DNA of 64,000 nt from the NCBI GenBank assembly GCA_028534125.1, contig CM052821.1, positions 41,540,001-41,604,000 of the forward strand, in the 5' to 3' direction. Made by a program: the position numbers and the translations under genes. Under the pieces are notes generated by a model. The model did no database searches and had not been told where the DNA came from. It saw nothing but the letters and a program-made list of their open reading frames with translations. The stretch comes from Lama glama. Taxonomy: Eukaryota. Shown in pieces: positions 38,764 through 51,439 of this stretch; positions within the stretch are counted from its first letter, which is position 1, and each line of letters starts with the position of its first letter.

Positions 38764-39299
38764 GTGAGTGAGGGCTGTGCCACCTTCGGAAATGAGTCGT
38801 AGCAACTCTTGTTGCTTGGTGAATGGGAATCTGGGTGTTTCCAGACTTCTAGCTTAAAATAATTGACACTTGGAGCTGACGAGCATTCTTATTGATGATT
38901 CCGGTGATTTCTGGTCCTGGCTTGTGGCCTTCTGAGGTGTATGAGGGAGTCGTGATGTTCTCAGAAGCGAGTGGCTCACATTTACTTCCGCTTCATAGCA
39001 CTTCAAAGACCAGACATCACGAAGTCAAATGATTGAGAAAGTTAGTATCAGGGTCATGAGATGCATTTAAATCTCACGTGTAATGAAGCAGTGAAAATTC
39101 CTCGCTCACTCCGTCCATGTAAGAACAAGAACGTCTTCCCACCAAGAAATTACTTTTCTCTAGCTTGAAATTCTTACTTCTTGACCCAATAATTCCTTCC
39201 TTTGGACTTCACATTTTTCATATCCATTTTACATTGAAGAGGCCAAAATTGTTGTAATTAATAGAATGGCCTTTCCTTGGACAAGACCATTAATTGTGC

Positions 39300-39700
39300 C
39301 TTTACTGTGGACTGGACACCATGCGGTAATCCACAGTAACTCATGTGATCCTCACTCCCTATGAGATGTTGCTCATCTCACTCAAGAATAAATTGAGACA
39401 GTGAGAATTAAGTCATTTGCCTAAAGTCACACCGTTAGTTAATTGTAGAGCCTGGAACTTAACCTAGTGTAACTCCAAAGCTTATGATCTTTGGCACAGT
39501 GCATTACGGTAAGCCTGAAATAATTATGTCTGCTGAACATTTATGTTCATTCTATGTAATCTTCACAGTGACTCTGAGTTTAGATACTTTGTCCCTGTCT
39601 TATAGATAGGACACTAAGGCTCAGGTCACCCAGATACGTGGCAGAACCAGGATTTGAACTTCCATCCGTCTGGTCCCCAGACTCGTGCTCTTTCCACTGC
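39300..39700 (-). mobile_element. Two adjacent MIR remnants
   Basis: aagtcatttgcctaaagtcacac; actaaggctcag…gcagaaccaggatttgaac. Confidence 0.6.
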
Positions 39701-40560
39701 ACCTCTCTGTCCTGCATTTTTTCCGGTCACTTTCTGAGCGTTGGTTCCTTGCGGTGCCTCAGTCGTATGAGGGCAGACTCACTCCCTGCTGTGTGCTGGC
39801 ACCTGCAGGAGCCCGGTTTACCTTGGACTTTGTTCAAGTTCATTGTTCTTGTTCTGCTCTCCTTTTCCAAGTTGTTAAAATCCATTCTTGTTTCCCAAGA
39901 TTTTATTTGAAACCTTTCAAGACACATACACCTGTACACACTCCTCCCAAACAAAACCAGATTCATCCATTGCCTGAAAAGTGAATCGGTGGTTGCCATA
40001 GTTTTAAAAGACCGGTGGACCCTCTTCTCTATCTCCCTCTGCTTCTCCACCTTCTCCAGGGACTGGCCAGCCCTCTGTGCTGACCTGTGTCCATCTGTGC
40101 CCTTGCCTCTTCCCTTTCGAGCCTGGCCACATGCCACTCACCCTGCAGGACCGTGTAGGGAAGCTGTTCTTAATGAACTCTGGGAGCACCTGTGGTCTGG
40201 ACCGCCCTGTGTGGCAGGTGGTCATTACCGGGACCCAGCGATTTCAGGAGGGTCTCTTGAAGAGGCAGCATTTTCACCGAAGCCGACCTCCATTTTTTAG
40301 GTCAGGCTCACCAGTTTACTAATTCTCCAGCCCTTCAGCAAGTTATTTGACATCTAGGCCCCTGTTTCTTCTTCTGTCCTGTGAGGTAACAGTTAACCAT
40401 ACCTTAACGAGGTTGTCGGAAGGGAGGTAGGAGGTAATCCATATGAAGTTCTTCTCAGTATGATTGGCAGGTTTTGAAATTTTTCTTGGGAAACTCATAA
40501 CTGCAAGCATCGGATGTCATTATGAATAGCTCTTTAAAGATCACTTTTGAAAGTTAAGTA

Positions 40561-40867
40561 CAGGAGTCCCTTGGTATCTGCGGGGGATTGGTTCCAAATG
40601 GATACCAAAATCCAAGGATGCTCAGATCTCTTATATAAGACAGTGTAGTATCTGCATGTGACCTACACACGTCCTCTCAGGTATGCTGTCATCTCTAGAT
40701 TACTTATAACATGTATTACAATGGAAGTGCTATGGAAATAGTTGCTGGTATGTGACAAATTCAGGTTTTGCTTCTTGGAACTTTCTGGAATTTTTTTCTT
40801 GAATATGTTTGATCCAAGATTGGATGAATCTATGGATGCAGAAGTCATGGGTAAAGAGGGCTGACTG
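40561..40867. mobile_element. MER2-family (Tigger) DNA transposon
   Basis: TA|caggagtcccttggtatctgcgggggattggttcc…tctctagattacttataa…agggctgactg. Confidence 0.8.
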
Positions 40868-42062
40868 GAGGTATACAATAGGTTGCGGAGTTTTTTTAAA
40901 AAATAGCCCCATATTAGGGACAATGGGAAAATCCAGTCCCGTGAATTAGTACTGCGAATCGGTATTTGTTGCTTGGAATAAAATTTCCAGTGGCCATGTC
41001 AAACATGATTCAAAAAATGATACATATTAACTTAGGTGAAAGTGTAGGAAACCATTAAATAACCAAAAAGTGGAGGTGCTGGAGATGAAGACATTGAAGG
41101 TACATGTGAAGAGTTTGATAAATTGCTTTATGAAAAGGCAGCATGTCTAAATTAATGTTTTAAGTATGTATGTAACATCTAATAAAATCTAACTAGGACA
41201 AAAGTGTTTCTCTAGTAGGAAAAACTGACACCTCGCCACCTCTTGCTGAGTGCTGTTTTCTGTCATATCTTATCTACTCAACCTGCTTGTAAGGTTTTAC
41301 AAGAGCCTTTAAATCTTTTCAAAGCCCAGAATGGTGTTCGGCATGGCAGGGTATACCTACATATTGAATGAAAAAACATTACAGAAAGCGAGGAAAATAT
41401 GGTTTACCTAGTGACCTGAAAATACTGATGAAAACAAGACTCTGCAGAGAAAAAGTAAAGATAAAAAGGTCACATAGTAATAGGCAGACTTTCTAAAATA
41501 CTTTTGCGTGAAAAAAGTAATTTATTGACACTTTCCCCTAATGTCCTGTGAAATTAAGTGATCTGTAACACATGCTTCAGTTTCTTAATTACTGTGTAGG
41601 CCATCTGACCTATTTGCAGAAACTTAACTGCTTCAGTTACCACTGATTTTTCTATCTCCTGTGAAGTAAAAAGCCAGCTGTGATTCCAGGGGTAATATGA
41701 ATGATAATAATACTATGAATGTGGGGTGAAAATATGTGCCGTGGCAGGTTTTTATACAGCACAGCATGATTGTTTAGTGGAGACGTTAGCACAATGGATT
41801 CTGATGAGTTTAGACTCAGAGGGCCACATATTTAAGTCTGGGGCCTAGTCTGTCTTTTTGTAACTACAGTGAGCCCATTAACAGGTTAAAATAGTAACTG
41901 GCCCACCCCTGAGATTTCTTTCTTCTTTCTTCTTTCCCCTGCACTGGCCCGGAGGCCTCCAGCCTAGGGACGGGATACCAGCGTTCCGACGTGCCTGCCT
42001 GTGGACTTACAATGATTCTTTGGAAAATTCTGCCTAATTCCTTTTTTCCTCTTTCCCACAAG

Positions 42063-42192
42063 TGTTCAACCTCACAGGCCCACAACAAATCCAAACACTT
42101 CTAAATTTGCTCAGAAATACGGAGGGGCTGAGAAGTGTTCCAGATGTGGGGATTCCGTATACGCCGCCGAGAAGATTATTGGAGCTGGAAAG
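42063..42192 (+). CDS. CSRP2: CSRP2 exon 4: (S)[43 protein letters not shown]
   Basis: Pyrimidine tract plus AAG acceptor (AG 42061-62), donor AAG|GTGAGT; 130 nt, in phase. Confidence 0.96.
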
Positions 42193-42862
42193 GTGAGTGC
42201 CGGCCTGAAGTAGTGACAGTGAATGACTTCACTTTCCGCTCCCTTTCTCCCCCGACCCCTGCGCAGTCCACTCGGGGGCTCCGTCTTACAAACTTTTTCT
42301 TAGTCCAATTTCCATCTGAATCATTCATTTTGTTTCCTATCTTCGTTTAAAAGGAACTTGTTTTCAGAGGTGGGGTTGCTTCCTGAAGGTTGTTCACTAA
42401 AAAGGCCAGGCTGTTTAACAGATCCGGACTCTGCAGGTTTTTCACTGTAGTGGGGGGGTGGGGGGGCAGTGAGATTGAGAGGGGGCAGTGAACTAGTCAG
42501 GACACCTGGTTTGGGAAAGTCACTTCACCACTTCACCTCTTGGAGCTGCAGGGTTCTCGGCCATAAAGGAGGCAGTCTGTAGAGGAGCACGCTGGGCTTG
42601 CGGCGAGGTATGCGACAGCAGCTAGGGAAGTGGCCCATCCGTGGTGCAGCTCCCAGTCCACATCCTCTGGAATGAAGTCTGAACTCAGCCCTTTGCAGGC
42701 AGCCAAGAATGTCGACACTGGAGGGGCCAGTTCAGTCTTCCGGTGGGGATGCTCTGCAGCAGTCAGGAGCTCAGGGGTCGATCTTCCTGAGCCACCTGCC
42801 ACCACATCTAACCTGTCCTGCAGGAACACGGCCTCTCAGACTTCCTCATTTCTCTCTTCCAG

Positions 42863-42956
42863 CCCTGGCACAAAAACTGTTTCCGATGTGCCAAGTGTGG
42901 GAAGAGTCTTGAGTCAACCACTCTGACTGAGAAAGAAGGTGAAATCTATTGTAAAG
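42863..42956 (+). CDS. CSRP2: CSRP2 exon 5: [31 protein letters not shown]
   Basis: ttccAG acceptor, G|GTAAAA donor; 94 nt; LIM2. Confidence 0.97.
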
Positions 42957-43522
42957 GTAAAATTAATTTCAGTTATTGCTACCCAGATAAATATCCTGCA
43001 TTGGCTACTAGAGAAGGAAATGTCACCAGCATAAAGCAAAAACAAAACCAAAAGTGCTCTGAAAATGAGGGAAAAGTAGGATAGTGCCACTGGGTATTTG
43101 AAAATACAAGATCTAGAGATGCTCACAAGATGAGAGGAAACCACAGAACATTTGTGATGATAGTGAGTTAAGTTCCTGGTCCTGTAAAACTCCCCTACAA
43201 ACACAATTTTCAACTTAATGTTTTAAGCAAAGCATGTGAATATACGAAGGTAGTAGACAAACATACAACTCGCCTGACCTGATTTGCATACTTATAACCC
43301 AGTCAGGACCACGAACTGACTACTGTGGAACCAGAATGCCCGGACTTGCCTCTGCAGCTTTAAGACAGTTACTACCTGGCACATTTCACATTTTGAATAA
43401 GTTGAACTCTTTTTGGCATAGCCAGAGGTAGTTTTAATTTGTAGGGGTTTGTTGTTGGCCTTAAGCAGTGCTGCTGGCAAAGCTTAATGGACTTGTACCA
43501 ATTCTTCCCTTTTCTTCTGTAG

Positions 43523-43599
43523 GATGCTATGCGAAGAACTTTGGGCCCAAGGGATTTGGCTATGGCCAAGGAGCAGGAGCCCTTGTCCATGCTCAGTAG
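43523..43599 (+). CDS. CSRP2: CSRP2 exon 6 coding part: (G)[24 protein letters not shown]
   Basis: ctgtAG acceptor; TAG 43597-99; total CDS 112+169+130+94+77 = 582 nt = 193 aa + stop. Confidence 0.97.
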
Positions 43600-43809
43600 A
43601 GGTGCAAACCCAGAATGGAGATCACACACTGAGAATCTCTGCAAAATCCAGGCACAGATTATCTAACACTAAACTACTGTGAAATTCTACCAGTACTTAA
43701 GTACTGTATGTTGCCCTGTACTTGGATAGGCCGGCGGACTAGGAAGAGAGCACTGTGGCCTTTTGCTTTTATTCATCAGCATGTCAAAAACCATGTCTTT
43801 TACATTTTA

Positions 43810-43815
43810 AATAAA
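43810..43815 (+). terminator. CSRP2: CSRP2 polyadenylation signal AATAAA
   Basis: AATAAA about 210 nt after the stop, followed by GT/T-rich sequence (gggtgttcagtgtctctttc). Confidence 0.85.
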
Positions 43816-44123
43816 ACTTCAGCTTGATCTGGGTGTTCAGTGTCTCTTTCAGTTAACCTTTCGGAGGAGCTGTTGTGATCTTGGTTAGTGGAAAATCCTT
43901 TGGGTCCCCACCTGCATTTTTATTGGTTAAAGAGAGTCCACCCCATTACGCAGCTGACTCACTAGGTTAATGTTTGCATTATGGCAAGTTGGCCTCCCCA
44001 GTGAGGGTTGCTAGGCAACGGTACGGCCATCCCAGCTCTTCACAGCTGGCATTCAGCTGCACAGAATTCCTGCCTGCCTGCCCGATTCGATTCGAGCCTG
44101 GTGGTTTACTCATCTCTTGTCGG

Positions 44124-44300
44124 GAGCAGTCTCCTAAAGCATGGCCCCAGGTCCACCCGCACTATAGTCACCTGGGTGTTAAAAAGGCAGATCTTGAGGC
44201 CCCACTTCAGCCCTACAAAGCAGAATCTCTAGGGGTGGGGGCCACAGAATTCCTTCTAACAAGCTCCTCAGAAAGGCACACTGACCTGGGAGTGCGCACA
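44124..44300. mobile_element. MER5-family remnant
   Basis: cagaatctctaggggtgggg…ttctaacaagctcc. Confidence 0.6.
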
Positions 44301-44995
44301 CGGTTAAACAAAACACTTAAAAATTCTATTGATTTATCTGTACCCAAAGATCATGGCAGTTACCTACAGACAGCTATAGAATCTGAGGCTTAGCGTGACT
44401 TTAACTTTTTACACCCCCCACTCTCATCTGATGGTTACTTACCAATCCTCGAAACGGGTGATTTTTCTCACAGATTTCAATTCTGCAGAATTAGCGCTGA
44501 ATGTTGTGTTGTCCTGGCACATTCAGCTGGCTCAGGTAGAAAAGGAATATTAGACCATGTAAGGAGTATTTTCATTATTTCTCCAGGAACTTTTAGTTCA
44601 TTACCAAAGATTCAGTCCAACCATTTACTTCTCAGGGTAAGGGTGTGAAATGGGTCTGTAACGTGTTTGTAAAATTGAATCAGCCAAGTCTTTGCACACA
44701 TCTTAATCTTCTAAAGCCTATTTTAACATAGTTTTACTTATTTTGAAAAGCTAAAGGGGGTGTGTTATGTATGATATATATTTATATATATAAAAGCAGA
44801 AACTTAGTGGGAAAAAGTTGATTGAGGGTATACTGAGGGAAAGAATTCATAGCCTTGAGCACTTCACATGTTTCAGAAGGCACAGTACACCATGGGAGAA
44901 GGAAGGGCCTTTCTGCTAAGCGTGCTGCGGAATTTAATTGACAAAGGGACTAGGCTGAACTAAAGAAGAATTATGGAGTAAATTCTGATTCATTC

Positions 44996-45490
44996 TGTGG
45001 TAGTTTTAAACATGCACATAAATCCTTTTGATATTCCCATCAAAAGATGGAGTCTAATTCCCCTCCGTTTGAATAAAGGTCAATCTTAGCGATTCATTTT
45101 TAACTAACAGAGTGTGATGGACCGGGCTAGATTAGAAAAGACTACAGCTTTTGCCTGCCTCTTTCTCTCAGGATGCTTACTCTTGGAACTCAGCCTTGGT
45201 GTTTTGAGGAAGCCCAGACGACGTGGGGAAGCCACATGTAGGTATTGCAGCCATAACCTCATCTAAGATCTACCTCATCAGCCAGTATCAACCAACAGAC
45301 GTGTGAATGAGTGAGCATTCAGACTGTTCCAGTCCCCAGTTTTTGAACCATCCCAGCTGACGCCGAGTGGAGTGGAGTGAGCAATTCCTGTTGAGTCCTG
45401 ATTAAATTGCAGATCTGTGAACAAAAATACCATTTTAATCCACTAAATTTTTTGGTGGTTTGTAAAGGCAGCTGTGGACAACCAGCATGT
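44996..45490 (+). mobile_element. MLT1 LTR
   Basis: tgtggtagttttaaa…ccactaaattt…ggtggtttgt…gcagc. Confidence 0.75.
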
Positions 45491-46319
45491 TATATAATCC
45501 GTTCCCACACAGCCACCACTTCCCATACCTACCACGTTTCCCAAATTGTATTGGAGATGCCACCAGGTATCTGAGAGAAAAATGCTTTACGTGATTTGTT
45601 ACCTGATAATTAGAAATTTCTGCCTGATAAGGTTTAGGTCCCCACTCAAAATTAAAATTATTCTTAAATTGGGAGCCATGGCAAAACAGCTGCTCCAAAA
45701 CTGTAGTAGCTTCTAGTGGTTCTAGGAGTGGGAAATGGAATTTGGCTTCGGGCAGGCTCTGTTCTGGGAGGAATCACTTTTATCATTTGTTTTTAAGTCA
45801 GTAAGCTAGCTTCAGAGTCCAAATGTGGTATTAAATTTCCTCATGGCAAATATTTTTGTGTAAGAAGTTTTTTTTGTTTTAAAAATGACCCACTTGGGAC
45901 ATTTTCAGCCCCTTGTGGTGGTCTCGTACATTCAGGGAGGACTGCTGGCAACTCCAGTTCTAGAAAGTCATGATCAATTAAGTTTAAGGAGCTATCTATC
46001 TACATACCTACCTACCTATCTATCTTCCTGTAGATTCACAGTACACACTAGCCTACTGAGGGCTTTGAGATCTTATGGTTAAGAAGTCTGTTTTAACTTG
46101 AAGAAAGCCTTGCACTGAATTTGTTGTCCATGGAACCACTAATATCTCAAGGAACACTGGGAAATGTTGGCCTAGACCACTGGTTCTCAAACTTTTGGGT
46201 CTCAGGACCTCTTTAGATTCTTCAAATACTAAGGACCCCAAAGGGTTTTTTTTTTTTTTTTGACAGTTAAATCTATCATTTTCTATATTAGAAGTTAAAA
46301 TTAAAAAAAAATTAATTCA

Positions 46320-47250
46320 GACCTCCATGTACAGCCAAATTGAAGTAACAGGAACCAGATTCATCCTCACTTGAAAAAAACCAAAGACACAAATTACATG
46401 AAAAAATCCGGTTTTCAAAACGCTTGACAATAGGCAACAAAAGACAGTTACGGGGAAAACGACACCAGTCTTAGGATTAGCAAGCTTACTCTTTTCAGAG
46501 TTTCCAAGCTATAATGCAAGGAGGGAGAATACAGGGGCACACTGCAAGTTGAGAAGACAGAGCTGAGTGTCCAGAGAAACCACAGCAGCTAGAATTGTAG
46601 GGACTGGAGAGAGCTGTACAGAAAAAGAACTTCAGAAATTTGCAGAGCACCACCCAACCCCCACCTTGCAAGTCATCAGGTGAGCTGCATTCTGATTGCG
46701 TATGCATGTGAGGTAACTACCTAAGATGATGGGGAAAAAACATCTGAAAGATTCAGGACAGTGTCTGGTGCTCATATGGAGCCAGGAACAGTGCCCATTC
46801 TCACCCGTGAGATTGGGAAACGGGATTCATGAAGCTTGGGATGGAATACACAGGTCTTGTCTCAGTAATGGGGAACAATTAACCCTAAGCTGAACACTAC
46901 TCTGGTCCTGCCTTACAGATCTTGCCTAACAGCAAAACCTGCATCCTGAAACAAAGCTCTGGTATTTTTATAGTATTTTTATAACAATACAAAAACATCC
47001 AGTACTCAATTCATAGTGTCTGGCATTCAATCAAAAATTACCAGGTATGGACAGAAGCAGGAAGATACGATCCATAATGATGAAGGAAAATTTACCAAAA
47101 CCAACCCAGACCTAACATACGCATATGAAAATTAGCAAGTAAGGATATTAAAGCAGATAATTATAACTGTACGCTCTATTTTCAAAAAGTTGAGACATAG
47201 AAAAAATGGTCCAAAGTCAAACATTATAGGTGAAAACTAGAATGTGGGAG
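46320..47250 (+). mobile_element. Old L1 5'-region fragment
   Basis: L1M 5'-end/ORF1-like motifs (gtctggcattcaatcaaaaattaccagg…aaggatattaaagcag). Confidence 0.6.
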
Positions 47251-47880
47251 ATAACCTGTTCAAACTATTGTTACCAGAGTTCTACACAGCTCTGGAGGCA
47301 TTACTTACCATACAGTAAAATAATTATGAAATGAGTATTAGTCCAACCTGAAAATATTTGTTTAATACCACTGGGTATTAATTAAACCAATCAATGAAAC
47401 CATTAACAATCATCTGAACAACAGGAAAGGGTTCCTCTATAATTTTTCCTTTGTAAATCCCCAAATAAAGCTTTCTTTGTCATGCATAACTTCTCAAGTA
47501 ACTGAAACCAATGTTTGGTAGGTTTCATTTTCCAATATTTTACTGCAGTCTTCTAGACATATTTAGGTTTAAATCTTAAGAGATTCATATAGTCTCTGAG
47601 GACCCTAATTAAACCCATGGAATCCAAAATTCTTAAAGAAAAATTTATTCTCTTATTTAAAAAAATTAATCACACACAGAGACGTGGAGATTTTTTTTTT
47701 AAAGAGTATTACCACCAGCTTCTACTTTTGCCAATTTCTAGTCTTGCCACTTGATTCCTAGTTGACCCAGATGTAAAAATACAGAATAATTTTTTCATAT
47801 CATTGGTACCACTACCAGTGTTTCATCAATTTCCTGAAGTGAACTGCGAAAAATAACAAACACACATTTAAGAGTCAATA

Positions 47881-47886
47881 TTTATT
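47881..47886 (-). terminator. ZDHHC17: ZDHHC17 distal polyadenylation signal AATAAA
   Basis: TTTATT on + strand; on the - strand it is followed by a GU/U-rich element (tgtgtgtttgttatttt). Confidence 0.75.
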
Positions 47887-48848
47887 CTGATTAATATTTT
47901 ACAAAATTTTGACAGATTTAATTTATGTAAGGAGAGCTAACTTATTAAACACTTTACAGGTTTTTCTTTCCACAGAGTAACACAGTAAGTAGCAAAATAA
48001 CACTTGGCACAGTTATAAATAAAGAAAATACAAAATAAAAATATCCATGATGCTGTTTTATGCTTATTAATATTTCAAATAAATTCCTGGAAACAACAAA
48101 AACATAAGGAAAAAATTCCAAAGAAGTAATCCATGTTCAGAACTGAGAAATAAGTTTCTATTTGCTAAAAGTATCCAATTAAGCTGAAATGAACTATTCC
48201 CCAAAGGGTCATCTTCATACACAACTTTTTAAAACTGGTTCCACATACAAGGTAACAAAATAATTAGACAGTACGCTGCTGCATAGTTGGCTCCTGACCA
48301 TCTGACCATTTCTAAGTTATAGATTCACTGGTACTATGAGATGGTTAGTATTAAAGCATTAACATTGCTAATATTTTCCATGTACTTATACAGCAAGAGT
48401 GGTTTTTTTTTTTTCCTATTTAACTGAAAGACATCTCTTTTGCACTGAAAAGAATATTGTACCCCAAAGAAAGAACATGGTAACAACACTCTCACCCAAA
48501 TTCTGAGAAAACAACCACTGTAGTTGACTGTTAATAAAAACGTATTAGATAAAAACTGCAACTGAGTCTTTATGTGAAGTGGCTCAAAATACAAAAAATT
48601 AAAACAAATTCTAGCCTTTTATAAATAACTTTGAATTTAAAAATTATCTAAAATTTCCCCCAATTAGTCAAAACTAGCAGAGACATTTGTAAAGTTAACC
48701 AATTTTGTACATTCTATGACAAAATGGCACAATGCTATTGCCACCCCACACCCATCTCTTCCCTTTTCAAAAATAAAGTATGCCAATTTTCTAATATTAA
48801 AACACTCACATACACTAAGGATAATCTTTTTGATGTGTGGCTTACGGT

Positions 48849-49061
48849 NNNNNNNNNNNNNNNNNNNNNNNNNNNNNNNNNNNNNNNNNNNNNNNNNNNN
48901 NNNNNNNNNNNNNNNNNNNNNNNNNNNNNNNNNNNNNNNNNNNNNNNNNNNNNNNNNNNNNNNNNNNNNNNNNNNNNNNNNNNNNNNNNNNNNNNNNNNN
49001 NNNNNNNNNNNNNNNNNNNNNNNNNNNNNNNNNNNNNNNNNNNNNNNNNNNNNNNNNNNNN
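48849..49061. other. Assembly gap (213 N)
   Basis: N run. Confidence 0.99.
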
Positions 49062-50583
49062 TCACTAGAAGCTCCTTAGTTATCTCCCTTTTCTTTTTGG
49101 TTGGACAGAATGAAATGAGCAGCTTTAAATACACTAACACATAGAGACACAAAGAGAAAACTATTTGATAAATTATTTATATACAGATACACAATCTTTA
49201 CACTGGTCTAGGATCTGTCATCAGTCTGACCACCCTTTTCCCACCCTCCCCCAGCCCATTCCCTCTCACAGGTTTCCCACAGGTTGCTCGAACCACAGTT
49301 TGCTACAGCAAAGAGGACTAAACCAAATCTCACTCTGTAAACAATATTTATGGAAGCAGTGACTAATAGTTTACCATGAGAGTATGGAAATGCTGTAACA
49401 AAAATTGATCAGTGCATCACGTTTAACAGTAAGAAAATCTTTCTGAAATTGTTTCAGACAGCATTAACAAATTTCAAAACATTCAATATTTGGGAAAATT
49501 GAAACAGTCTTGGGGATAAAATACTTTCTGATGGATCATTTTTTAAAAACCAGAATATACCGTTAGCTTTTCTTTTATTCACATGTGCTATATGTACAGA
49601 GATCATGCTCCATCTTTAGCTAAATTCCATTATTTTGTCTACAATTTATTTTGCAGTATATCCATTCATCTCTATTACTGAGAATTCTGCATCAACTTAT
49701 TTGTTCTGCCTTTTCTTGAAAGTAGCTCAACTCTTATTAAAACCTGGACTATTTGCTCATCAAATTAAATTCTAATTTATGCTTTACTGGATAGTGTTTG
49801 CTAGTAGTATACATTCTATGAGGTGTATCATGCACTTAGTAGGGCTTTTAAGTTGAACAAAATAACATGACTTACTATAATCATGCAAGTGCTTTATTAT
49901 CAGACCATAAAACCTTAGAGCAAGGTTACTACAAATTATTTCACTGAACTAGAAATAAATCAGCATTGCAACAGCTGATAGCAATAAAATATCGTTAGCA
50001 CATTTTTTTGGTGAACGTTATTTCCTTGTGCCTTTAAAGACACATTACAGTAGATCCCTAATAAAACCACATGATTTTCATCACAGTATTTACATGTACA
50101 TTCTAAAATGTACATAATACTAGTCTGAAGCAATTTAAGACAACTCTCTTGGAATTAAATGCAATACTAATAGTAGATCGCATCGTAAAATTTAGCTGTA
50201 TACCATGTATTTAGTTTTAGCTTGAATCGAACGTTTCTGACCAGTATACCATTACCATGTCTGTCAACAGGATAAAGTCACTCTTTTTTCATGAAAAATG
50301 TTATGAGAACAAAACCAAAAAGTTGAGTATGTTGTGAATTCCCACATTAAGAAGCATTAAAATTCTTTTAAAGGTCTTTAATCTTCCCAGAAGTGGCAGT
50401 GTGTTCTGTCCACGTTTACTTTTGTTAATAAAAGTGTTGAAAAAAAGACTGTAAAATTCACTGTTAGCCCTACGTATAGCATGCGATTTGTTCAAAGGAT
50501 GTGGATTCGAGTGTGAGAGAGACACGGACAGACACAATTTTCAGGCACCGCTCAGCAATATGCTTCAGAGGATAAAGATGCTG

Positions 50584-50722
50584 CTACACAAGCTGGTACC
50601 CAGATCCTGATATTTGGTCATATTCTATTGTATACTGTCTGGTCCAGTCCACGGTAACAGGACGAAAGAGGCCACAGCATCGAAATTCAAAGAAGTCTAT
50701 AATATTCCTTACACATCCATGG
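50584..50722 (-). CDS. ZDHHC17: ZDHHC17 last exon: (N)HGCVRNIIDFFEFRCCGLFRPVTVDWTRQYTIEYDQISGSGYQLV*
   Basis: Acceptor gtgtttAG; 139 nt; C-terminus recognised as ZDHHC17/HIP14. Confidence 0.96.
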
Positions 50723-51439
50723 CTAAACACCCCCCAAAAAAGAGAAAAAGAGAAAGTCCATTAGTACAACGACTTAATATATGGGTTTAATATAACTTTG
50801 GTGTTAAATTTATTTTTTTCTAAACTTAAAAACTCAGGTTGCCAGAAAGTACCTGCTTAGAACTCTATAAAATACATAGGCACTCATGTTTCTTCACAGC
50901 TCTGACAGCACCAATTTTTCTCTTTTGCCAATTTAATGGGCAGCACAATTATATCTTAAAGTTATTCAAATTTGCATTTCTTTCATTCCTGTGTCTTATG
51001 CAATTTTTGATAAAATCTTTCCTCACTGGTGGCTCCTTGGCAAGGAGACAAACTATTTCCAAAATTGAGAAAGTAAAGGACAAAATAATATAAATAGCAT
51101 GAATATGACACTGTACCCAAGAGTAACAATTTAAGAAAAAGAAATGTCAAAGAAAAGTTCCCAGAATGTTAGGACTTCAAGAACACCTTCGTAAAAGTGG
51201 TCAGTTTTAAATCTTACATAATTATTCTGCTTATGGTAGAATTCTTAAAACTTCCCAACTGATTCTCATATTTTTGCTTTTATTTAAAAAGGTTTGCATG
51301 TTTCCAAGAAGCCGCAACAATTAACAGCACCACAAAAGCCTGAAGGTAGTAGACAAGAAGCTTTAGTAAAACTCAAAGTTTTAAATATTTCATAAAATTA
51401 GGAAACTACCGTTTCTTGGCTTCAGACTGAATGCAAATT

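Larger units (their letters stand above)
47865..50583 (-). other. ZDHHC17: ZDHHC17 3'UTR (~2.7 kb, AT-rich, contains an N gap)
   Basis: Lies between the stop codon (50584-86) and the poly(A) signal; no recognisable repeats. Confidence 0.75.
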
